A DNA stretch of 64,000 nt from Balanoglossus misakiensis (Eukaryota > Animalia > Hemichordata). Location of the stretch: assembly GCA_040954595.2 (NCBI GenBank), contig CM082598.2:1612001-1676000 (forward strand), written 5' to 3'. Position numbers and translations under genes: made by a program. Below the pieces are notes generated by a model. The model saw only the letters and a list, made by a program, of their open reading frames with translations. It did no database searches and was not told the DNA's origin. This document shows positions 42,263 to 52,344 of this stretch, piece by piece (position 1 is the first letter of the stretch; every line of letters starts with the position of its first letter).

Positions 42263-44039
42263 ATGTCTTCCCCGCTGCACCAACTCTCGTCTCGACGTTT
42301 CAATATCTACCCTGGTTATCATTCCTTCGAGACGTTCAGCGACTTCGAGCCGCTGATCAGTCGGAGGCCATTCACGGCTGTCGACATCCGGGGCCAGGAG
42401 GAGAACTCCCAGAAATCCCGTCCGTCGTCAAGTGCATCAAACCTCTTGCCAAGGAGAGCCAAAACAGCGCCACCTAGACTCGCCAGGAAGTCCGGCAGAG
42501 GTAAGCCTTCAGGAAAAACATTTACAGAATATTTTGACATTCTTTTGCTCTTTTAGTTATAATCAATTCCGATTAAAAATTCAATTTTCAGGCCCAGCCA
42601 CGAGTTCTGTCGAAAATTCGACAGTACAGAAAGAAAACAAGCCAGACATAGACGAAGAAAGCGCGTCGTTCACCCAACATTTGAAAAATATACACAAGGG
42701 CTCGCTAGGCTCGTTTTTAGAATCTGAAAATGGCGAGTCAGAAGCTGTAGCGGCCAATAGGAATAGAGAAGAGGAAGAGGCGAGGACTGAAGATACACCA
42801 GCTAGGGGGTCTAGAGAATCGACAATTACAAGCAAAAGGCAATCAAGAACGCCTACGAGGACACCGGTCAGAACACGTAAGTACCGTCGATTCCTGATAG
42901 AACAGAGAAAAGGGTAGTTAACAAGGTGATAAGGTAGTTTTTCTTGTCTTTCATGCATGATTTTCAAGTTCTGGATTACCTATCATAGTCATTCAAATCA
43001 TGGATGTACAATATATCGTGCCAATTAAATTTTACATAATGTTAATTGTAGAAATAACAGATGAAGAAAGTTCACGGAGGGGATCAAAGGTCATCGTCGA
43101 TCCAAGGTTGATATACGACAGAGAATCTGAGAAGAACACGGTCCTGGACGACGCTACAGTGCAACCAGGGTAAGTCTAAGTATGAATGGAGTGGTAAAAA
43201 CAAAAGGAGCGTCACTATACAGATGTGAGAGGGCGATCTTAAACATTACTCATATGCAAATTCTGTGTCGCGTCATACAATATGCAAATACGTATCCAGA
43301 TCTATAGTTATTTTTAACTTCTCCACCAGGTGGCTAAAGAGACGCAATTGTTACGGATTTCCATATTACGAAGAGCAAACATCTGGGTCAGAAACGTGGG
43401 AAAAACCACTAGTGCTACCCGCAAGGTAAGATTTTCATCAATTATTTAGTTCCTATACAAACAAGCTTCAACCAGACCTTTCGCCCATTTTTTATGATGA
43501 TCGCCTTTTCTCTCTATTACAGATGGGAAGAACGTTGCGATGACAACGGTTTTACGTATTATCTTGATTGTAAGACTGGTTTTATCACGTGGGAAAAACC
43601 AGAAGTTCTTCCAACTGGGTAAGTTTTCATCCTGACAAAATAAGCAAATATAACACTTTCTGCACCCCACTTCCATCTGTAGAGGTCCAAGTTTAATAGA
43701 AAACAATAGATTTGGACCAAACCATTGTGGTGAAAGGGTTGAAAATCACAGATGAAGCCACCCAGCCTATTTGAAGATACTATTACCAAAGGCTCTATGT
43801 TTGTGTACTATTCAAAGAGATTTTGCACAAGATATAAATATACAGGAATAGTAAAAGCTGTAGGAACCATCCATGTCATCAATGTTAACGATGCCTCCAT
43901 TTTCTATCTCTTGATCAGATGGGAAAGACAGTCATCGGGCGATGGCCGATTATATTATTTACATTACCACACAGACATCTCATCGTGGGATAAGCCAAAC
44001 AACAACACCCTACAGACTCTACAATCACCAAGCACATAA
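42263..44039 (+). CDS. Uncharacterised protein: disordered N-terminus + three tandem WW domains. Exons 42263-42500, 42592-42876, 43052-43169, 43330-43425, 43523-43618, 43919-44039
   Basis: Canonical splice sites with consistent phases. The last three exons translate GWLKRRNCYGFPYYEEQTSGSETWEKP, RWEERCDDNGFTYYLDCKTGFITWEKP and GWERQSSGDGRLYYLHYHTDISSWDKP, each matching the WW consensus W..G..YY....W..P. Start codon is tentative. Confidence 0.8.
43655..43740. mobile_element. ~85-bp MITE family copy, reverse orientation (WW-gene intron)
   Basis: Reverse complement resembles the 33213 copy (GGTCCAAGTTTA...TTTGGACCAAACCAT...GGTGAAAGGGTT). Confidence 0.55.
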
Positions 44040-44553
44040 AATAATATTTTATGATGTGATATGACTTCCAAACTGCTCAATCTATACCATAATCACAATC
44101 ATTCCATTTCTGAAAATCATAGCACAAAAAGATCATTGTTTTTAAGTCAACTTTTTTTAGAAAGAAAAAAAGACTGATATTTTCGATATTTTAATGTACT
44201 TATGAACACAATCGAAAGAAGCAACTCAGTACAGTAGAATATTTTAATACACCATAAAACTGTCACCATATCATATTAATGGGCAGAAAATAAATGCAAT
44301 GAAATTTTTATTTAAGAATTTAGTAAACGCATATAAAATATAATTATTGAATATCAAAGAGAGTAAATATTTCTAAAATGAGAAATAATCACAAACGATT
44401 CCTAAATAATACTTTAGAACTAATTTTCAAGACTGAGTTCCAAGGCATTAGGCCAGTACATGTGATTTTAATTAAACGAGACTAGAAATTAGTCGAGTCC
44501 GACATAACACTTGTATATATTTCTCGGATTACACAATGATACTCTGAAATGTA

Positions 44554-45584
44554 TCTTTTAATTAATTAAAAAATAAACCCGTCCATCCACAAAATTGTGT
44601 CAACATATGCACCACCACTATGCGCCCACGTCTGTGCCGGTTGGAGAGAAACAACGCAAAGACAGATTGCAGCAGTCCATATACGACCGCTGTGGCGATA
44701 CAATGTATACTACCAAAACAAACGGCGAGTAAGATACAGGCGTCAAGAAAATCTTGAGATGAAGCAAAAAAATTCACATAAGCTCAAAACGGCCAGCAAA
44801 AGCTGGCAAATTGCAAGTTAAACCGACTACACTAGGCCATGATGCCAGTAAAACAAACGCCGAGTAAGATACAGGCGTCAAAAATGTTGAGGAGGTGAAG
44901 CAAAAACATTCACATAAGCTCAAAACGGCCAGCAAAAGCTGGCAAATTGCAAGTTAAACCGACTACACTAGGCCATGATGCCAGTAAAACAAACGCCGAG
45001 TAAGATACAGGCGTCAAAAATGTTGAGGAGGTGAAGCAAGAAATTTCATGTAAGCTCAAAACGGCCAGCAAAATCTGGCAAATTGCAAGTTAAACCGACT
45101 GCACTGGGTCATGATGCCAGTAAAACAAACGCCGAGTAAGATACAGGCGTCAAAAAATGTTGAGGAGGTGAAGCAAGAAATTTCATGTAAGCTCAAAACG
45201 GCCAGTAAAAGCTGGCAAATTGCAAGTTAAACCGACTGCACTGGGTCATGATGCCAGTAAAACAAACGCCGAGTAAGATACAGGCGTCAAAAAATGTTGA
45301 GGAGATGAAGCAAAAAATTTCATGTAAGCTAAAAACGACCAGCAAAAGCTGACAAATTTCAAGTTAAACCGACTACACTAGGCCATGATGCCAGTAAAAC
45401 AAACGCCGAGTAGGATACAGGCGTAAATAAAACCTTGAGGAGGTGAAGCAAGAAATTTCATGTAAGCTCAAAACGGCTAGCAAAAGCTGGTAACGCTTGG
45501 CGAGATAAATTCATGAAGACACGACCAGCGATAAAAAAAAAACCCACTTGGGCTAGGCCTACATGTAGGCCAAGTACTCGCTAG
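44554..45584 (+). mobile_element. Possible non-autonomous Helitron-like element enclosing the 136-bp array
   Basis: 5' A|TC + AT-rich run at 44553-44554; 16-bp palindrome GGCCTACATGTAGGCC (45556-45571) ending 9 nt before CTAG|T (45581-45585); no target-site duplication. Boundaries are uncertain. Confidence 0.35.
44715..45490. repeat. Minisatellite, ~136-bp unit, ~5.7 copies
   Basis: Unit starts (AAAACAAACG[C/G]CGAGTA[A/G]GATACAGGCG) at 44715, 44850, 44986, 45122, 45259 and 45396. Confidence 0.95.
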
Positions 45585-46044
45585 TCTAAATAAACCGGCT
45601 CATGGCCAGCGACAAAAAAAACACCGCCTGGCATAAGCTACAGGCTAAAGAGCGGAATTCAGCTCAGCTGTTGTCAGGACAGGTAGCCCATGTCCTGACC
45701 GAGCTGTCGGTGCCGCGCGTACGTGAGGACAAATTCAGTGTCGTCCCACTCGCAGTTGGCGGTCTTAGGCCGTGGCGGATGTCGTCCGGCCCGGGTTCGG
45801 GTGGGCGACGTAGAGAAATTCAAAGGTTACGGTGGTGCTGTATGGCTGCAGCGGTTATCGGTGGTTAGAAAATGCTTCGTTATTCGGTGAATTGTCTCAG
45901 AAATGCAGAGCTGTCTGAGGCGAAGTGGCCCACACGCTCTCCACGAAGCGACTGTGGCGAGTGACTCCGCAGCTGTTGGCGCGACCTACACTCTTCATGA
46001 ATATTCATCAGATGAGTAATGACGCGGTTGTAGGGCGCCGCCGC

Positions 46045-46218
46045 GCTACCCAAGCGACTGATCTTTCAGTACAGACGTGACCGGAATTACATGTATACCT
46101 ACCTATAAATACACGACTAAAAGAGAGTTTAGAGGACTTCTCGACTTGCCTAAAAATCAAGAATTGCGCCTCGGAGTCATTGATTGATCCTCCGGCGTTT
46201 TTTGCAGGCTTGGGTAGC
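46045..46218. mobile_element. Small element bounded by 11-bp inverted repeats (MITE-like)
   Basis: GCTACCCAAGC at 46045-46055 and GCTTGGGTAGC at 46208-46218. Confidence 0.35.
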
Positions 46219-46555
46219 TGATATTATTTGCATTGCAGACTAGCTCTTGCCATTCCAACAAACCCGGCGCCGAAAATTGCTACATTTTTCTGTGACTGCC
46301 ACAATATTTTCTCGTTCAACTCCCACGATCATTGCTGCACACTGAATTCAAACCAAGGCAAACGATGGCCATACTCACAAACAGGCTATGTTGACAAGCT
46401 AAATTAACTAAATGTACGGCTAAAATATTATCCTGTTATTTTCGTACTGAACTCACAACAAAGCTGACTTTATCAGATGTTGACCTGACATTAATTTTGA
46501 AAGCAGAGAAGCCGTCACGTCATTGGAGAAGGCCCGCTTGTCTGTTTTTTTTCAC

Positions 46556-48348
46556 TCACTGGCTTTTGAGCAGCTCGCGGAATTTGTCGTGTGTTTCGCG
46601 GACAGCTGGCAAACTTCTGAGCTTATCTTTTATACTCTGCGCCTTGTCAAACCTTCCAGGGTACTTCTCGGGGGTCAGTGTGGAGATGATACGCTCGCGC
46701 CAAATCACGATGTCCCCCTCGCGGTCGACATCGTTGAGCCCCACGTCTACAATCATCGACTCGGCCTCGGACACGAAGTGCTGCTCGATGAATTCAGCCA
46801 GGCCCGAGTGCTTGGTGATGAGGACAGGGACTCCCGCGGCCAGGGCCTCCAGTCCTACCATCCCGAACGGTTCGCTCCGTGACGGCATGATAAAGAGATG
46901 GCTTTGCTTTAGATCTTCCATGATCTCTTCCTGTGTGCCGTACGGATGCAAGACGCACTTGAGATATTTATTCTTTACATGCTTGGTGATGAAAGCCTGG
47001 CTTTCCTCGTGCTTTTCCGCAGGGATTCCTCTGATGTCCCATTTTGGATATTTCGTTCTCAGGACGTCCTTGTAGGACTGACATACTTGGCTCAAGGCTT
47101 CGGCCAGGATGTCGTACCCCTTCAGGTTACCAACTCCGTCGATGCGACCACAGGTCAGAATTCGCACCGGGTGATTTTCTTGTGGTGGTTTCACCTCGAG
47201 CTTGAAGAAGCCTTCATCGGGGTAGGGCACGTACTGCTCGTGAATTGTGCCTGTCAGTCGACGAAACTTGCCATCATAGTGGTTGTATATTCTCGGTCCA
47301 ACTGAGAAAAACACATCGCATTTCTTCGCTAGGGCTATGATTCTTTCCTCTTTTTCTTCAATTGTCATTGGTGTAGCGCCATCTTTGAAAATATCGGTGT
47401 CTTCCGGTATGGTGTGAGCGAATTGAAAGACTCTCGCGTCCTGCAGCCGATCTCGCCTGATATCACGGGCACCCTCTGAGGTGACCGGTATGTGACCGAT
47501 GATAACGTCGAGATTTTGGATTTTTTCCAAGTCTGGATAGAACGTTTTGTGAGTGACGTTTATCCAGCTGAGGTCAGGTTGAGCTTTGCCCTTTGGAGTC
47601 GCAGTTATCACGTCGATACCCTTCTGCTCGGCGTCCAAACGGTCTTCTTCAGGCGGTGGTTTTAAGCTTGTCACGAGAACACCACAACCAGCCTTTTTAG
47701 CTTCAGATGCAATTTGACGGTGCACAGTGGAAATGCCACCTTTGGATGTTCCCCACTCGTCGTTCAGTATCAACACTTTTGTATTTTTGGTACTGTCCAC
47801 TTCATCCTCACCAGCGATCTCGTCTGAAATGGCAACCGATACAAAAAATGTTATCGTAAAATGCCACGGTGGTGTGGTGTGGTGTGGTGTGGTGTGGTGT
47901 GGTGTGGTGTGGTGTAAAAAAGCGTGGGGTTGGCCTAGCCTGGCGAAGTGTGTTGTGGTGTGAAGTAACTTGTCATGAAACGCAAAATGAGAAACTGAAT
48001 TATTTTAAGCATAAGTGTTGGCTGTTTTTGTAATCTGATTGGTTTAGACTCACCGTCATCTCTCATTGTGGGCGTCTTTGGAGTAGGTGGCTTATCCTCG
48101 CCGCCTGTCGCCTTGATGACGTTGTCGTCAGCTACAAAATCGTTACGACAAGACTCTACCAAGTTCGCCACTGCTTTCTGTAGTCGTTTGCGCTCACCCA
48201 GTGTCAGCTTGAGATATTCTATATCTTCTTTAGTCAGATGTATCAAGACATCAATTGACGTTAGATCTTCATCCACCAATTTCTGAATGGTCTCTGGTTT
48301 AAGGTTAGCTTTTGTCGCCCAGTCATCGAAATCAAATTGTTCCGCCAT
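46556..48348 (-). CDS. SAM domain + GT-B fold family-4 (MshA/RfaB-like) glycosyltransferase, ~520 aa. Exons 48348-48054 and 47823-46556
   Basis: Exon 1 is SAM-like (FDDWATKANLKPETIQKLVDEDLTSIDVLIHLTKEDIEYLKLTLGERKRLQKAV). Donor G|GTGAGT at 48053 and acceptor TTTCAG| at 47824 join in frame (phase 1) to the 414-aa ORF. That ORF carries GT4 motifs NDEWGTSKGGISTV, CGRID..KGYD and MPSRSEPFGMVGLEALAAGVPVL (E-X7-E). Confidence 0.85.
47868..47915. repeat. (GGTGT)n pentanucleotide microsatellite in the SAM-GT4 intron
   Basis: Directly visible. Confidence 0.9.
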
Positions 48349-50798
48349 ATTGTCTGTCTCTTCTGGGATGTCTTTTTAGTTTCTGTAGATTTGAACGTTT
48401 AGATAATTTATAGTTTCGAGTGTACTTTGTACAGAAGCCGTGGAATAAAATGCAGTTCTTGTATCGGTTTCGGTTTCCAATCCATTTTCGCTGAATACCA
48501 ACTTCCCAAGTCTCACAGGAAACCGTATTTGGTTTCGTTTTGGATATGGACGCAAAATTATCACGTCTGTCTGATGACCGAAACCCGCCATTTTGTTTGT
48601 TTTACGTACGTCATATACAATGCAGCATAGTGCATTACGTGTTTTTTAATTATGGAAGAATACCAGAACGTGTGCCAAACAGAGTGATCTTTGTGCAGCG
48701 ATCGTTAAACCGTGATAAAAAATATTGTATTGCCGCACTCAAGAGTAGTTTTAAAGCCGCCCCGAAAAAAAGTATGTCGAGGTCATTTAAGGACATCGTG
48801 TTCTGTGGTTCTACGGACAATAACATTTCGCGGAAATAAAACATGGCGGTCAGACATAGAGCAAACACAAACATGGATAGTTGGTTGGTTTTAAGAATAG
48901 CGCTTTAAAGTTGTCCGCTGAACACTTGAAGAAAAAAGCAACGGGCAATATTCGGAAAAGAGATATTAAATTTATGAATAATGACGTATTGTGTTTTCAT
49001 TGGAGAATATGCTTTGATTCGTCTGTCAGATGACATGACCCTATCATTCAATTGCAAACTCACCGACGTAGAAAGCTATCTTTCACAATAAGTATCGAAA
49101 TGCAAGTAAAAATTGTAATCTATAATACTTTGTCTATTAATCGCATATAAATGAATGTTCCATATATCACCTGTGAAATCTTTTAGTCGGTTTCCTCCTT
49201 ACTGTAGAAACGTTGTATTATCGTCGCCACTGACTGCCAGAGTATACTTGTTGAAAGGTCACCAGTGCAGTCCGTAGTGACTGGGGTACGTGGTCTCACT
49301 ATCGTTAAGTCCAATCAAATAACTGCGTCGCAACGCATTGTTCAGCGGAAAACCCCTTTTCTCGTTGAGTATTGCAAAAAACAATTGCCTCATCTGGGTT
49401 TATCATTAACGTGTGTGCGACTATGTCATTTTGGTCTTTCGGTTGTCAAACGCCATTTATGATAGTTAGCTTGCGTGTTTAAAAATGAAGAAGTGTTTTA
49501 TTAGTGTAGAATTTATGTCAATACTGTGTACAGTTTGGACATTAAACGGCCACTTCAAATCGGTCAATCTGTCCAAGTCTGTAGTACGCCATTTCTGTCA
49601 TAGATATGGGCGTATGTAAATTGTAGGTGACCGTATGCCTTTAAACGTCTATCGCGTCATTCCGATCGCAAAGAAAAACATCTAATACTTTTTTTCTCAT
49701 GTAGTAATAATGACGTCAACGCGTAGAAATTTGTTTCCGTGATAGAGGAGCTGGGAATGAAAAAAATATCGATCAGAAAAAATTATGTCTTCAGGGTGTA
49801 AGATGGGAAATCTTTGAAAGATGATGGCAAATGTCACAGCCGACATGAAGAAACTTAAGTGAGATTTCCTCCCCCGAGCGTTCTGAGATCACTAAGACTG
49901 ACTACACGGAAAAAGACCCGCCAAGGATACTTGCGCCTTTCACACATCGACGCAATCACGGATATCACAGTACCGGAGTTAATGAACACGCAGCAGTTGC
50001 TATGGAAACTCTTTTCGAAAACGAAGACAAGATTAGGGAGATTGGTGGCCTTTCATTCTGGCGAGCGAGCGTACACTGCGTGCGTGCTAAGAGATTAAGC
50101 AGAAAAAAACAGACCCCACCCCCAGGCGAATTTCTTCCTCGCTCTCTACTGTTCTCCTAGTCTATTCATCTTTCAATATCCATCAAGTTTGCCCACAGGC
50201 CCTCTGTATCTTTTCTCACTTCAGCTTACCAGGTAGCACTCAAATTATTGATGTTGTGCAAGGCATCAATTTTAACCCCATCCATTTGCACACTCCTGAC
50301 TATACAGTAGAAGCGCCCTTCTAACCAAGTTCTTATTTATATTTACTGTTCAGTGCCAATACTTGATCAACGACAGATGCTTTGCCATATGTCATCCCCT
50401 TTGCCACATATATCTCTGAACAGAAGAGGAATATAGGTCGATCATATATTTTATCACGTGAAAATGTCTCATTAAAATGAGGATGAGAATATGCGGGGTA
50501 AGATGAAGTTTTTGTTACATTTTGTTTTTCGGTTTATGCATTGACGTCACCGATTCGACGCATGCGTTCTGTGAGTGGGTTCTGATTTAAACGAATATGT
50601 TAACCGTTGGTTGGAGAAGAGAAATGATGGGGACTTCTCTGTGAACGTCGAATGTGTTTCTGTTTTTTATACGACGCGTAGATTCAATGTCCAAGCCAGC
50701 AGACTGAACTGTATTTCGAAGAACCAAGAGTACATGAATCAATAGCTCGACATCGCGAGTAACCAGACAAGCGCCTTTTCGCCGGAGGAAGAGAGACC

Positions 50799-52073
50799 AT
50801 GGATACGTTGCCGGGAAACCAGAGCTCACCGCGCCTGTTTTCCAACGCATCCGAAGTCGACACTGGCTTCAACGCAGCACTTGTGGTTCAGGTGTTCTTT
50901 ATGGTGATTCTCGATCTCGTGGCGATTTGTGGAAACGCGTCAGTCATCTTCATCATCGTCCGAACACCTCAGCTGCGGTCGCTGTCTCATCTTTTTGTTC
51001 TCAACCTGTGCTTCGTCGACTTGCTGGCCGCCGTACTCGTTCTCCCGGTGTCCATAACAACGGTGATACTCGGCAGATGGGTGTTCGGTGACACATTTTG
51101 CCACGCTAATGGATTCTTGAACGCTCTCTGCGCGTTCACTTCGATTTCAACCCTAGGCGTCATTAGCATTGATCGGTATTTCAGTATCGCTAAGCCCATG
51201 GTGTACGCCGCGAAGATGACTCTTCCTCGAGTCGTGATTTCCATCGCCTGTATTTGGATTCACAGTGCGGCGTTCTCCCTGGCCCCGCTCCTTGGCTGGA
51301 ACGAGTTCAGTTTCAACCCCAATCGGGCTCACTGCTCTTTTACCTGGGACACAGAGGGTTATCACATCGTCTATATTGCGATGGTCGGTGTTCTCTGCTT
51401 TGCTCTGCCGGCTGCCATCATCATTTCCATGTACTGTGGTGTGTTCCGCGTCGCTCGCAAGGCGGCCAGGCAGGTGGGGCCCTTGCCTGCTGTCCGCGTC
51501 GATCAGGCTCCTGCGCCGGCCGCGGAGAAGGCAGACAGCGAGGGCCGAAGCAAGCGAGGCGTGCGTTTCAGCGAGGAAGGGGTTCACCAGGCCACGTCGA
51601 GTGCAAGCCATGTACCTAAGACCAAAGCCCCGTCTTCTTTCAGCGGGGAGATCAAAGCACTTAAGACACTGCTCTTAATTGTGGGAATGTTTCTTGTCCT
51701 CTGGTCGCCGTACTTTATTCTGCACGTCTGCGGTATCATCTACAAACAGATAGACTCGCAGTACACCTGGGAGCGGGTCACATCTTGGATCGCGTACGCC
51801 TCCTTCGCGGTGAACCCGTACGTCTACGGGTGGCTGAACAAGCTCTTGCGGCAGGAACTCATCAAAGCCATCACTAACTGCCGCAGATGCAGAGCTACTA
51901 ACAGCCCTAGCGACGCCGAGGAACCCAGTGGCGGGGCAGAGGATTTTTACCAGTTTTTAGAACGCACCAGCACGCGCACTACCTCAGTGTACACAAAGTC
52001 TACAGACGCGGGGCGCGAGTTAAGCGTTGTTCCCGGCACGGTACTGGATGTATCAGACAGAGAAAGTTGCTAG
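50799..52073 (+). CDS. GPR61: Intronless class A (rhodopsin-like) orphan GPCR, GPR61/GPR62-like, 424 aa
   Basis: Seven hydrophobic segments with GN (TM1), LCFVDLL (TM2), DRY, WSPYF and NPYVY. It also shares features I recall from GPR61: FFMVILDLVAICGNASV..IVRTPQLR, YCGVFRVARKAARQVGPLP and C-tail EDFYQFL. Confidence 0.8.
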   Translation: MDTLPGNQSSPRLFSNASEVDTGFNAALVVQVFFMVILDLVAICGNASVIFIIVRTPQLRSLSHLFVLNLCFVDLLAAVLVLPVSITTVILGRWVFGDTFCHANGFLNALCAFTSISTLGVISIDRYFSIAKPMVYAAKMTLPRVVISIACIWIHSAAFSLAPLLGWNEFSFNPNRAHCSFTWDTEGYHIVYIAMVGVLCFALPAAIIISMYCGVFRVARKAARQVGPLPAVRVDQAPAPAAEKADSEGRSKRGVRFSEEGVHQATSSASHVPKTKAPSSFSGEIKALKTLLLIVGMFLVLWSPYFILHVCGIIYKQIDSQYTWERVTSWIAYASFAVNPYVYGWLNKLLRQELIKAITNCRRCRATNSPSDAEEPSGGAEDFYQFLERTSTRTTSVYTKSTDAGRELSVVPGTVLDVSDRESC

Positions 52074-52344
52074 ATATATTCCCGGTTCTGTAATTTTGCC
52101 GATAACTTTGCTCGGGTGTGTTGTATGTATTTACCGTTGTCATTTACACAGTCAACCATTTTTTAAAGAGTATGTATTGTTGTACATTATTACTCATGAT
52201 GATGTTGATGATGATGGAGACAAAAAAACTGAAATTTTATATCGCCTCTTTGACAACATAAACATAAACAAATTCGTTTAAAGATTGTACGCATTTCACT
52301 TTCTATTTCATGTATTCCTGTTAAGTATTGTTTTCAGATATTTA

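Noticed and set aside
44715-45490. Regularly spaced ~136-bp repeats as a CRISPR array
   Set aside because: The whole unit is repeated with no unique spacers, there are no cas genes, and the context is eukaryotic
46497-47305. Plus-strand ORFs overlapping the glycosyltransferase
   Set aside because: Antisense shadows of a GC-richer CDS with no recognisable domain
46556-47800. Bacterial contamination, or a true mycothiol MshA gene
   Set aside because: It has a spliceosomal intron, a SAM exon and animal neighbours, and no operon or other mycothiol genes. 'MshA-like' reflects only the GT4 fold.
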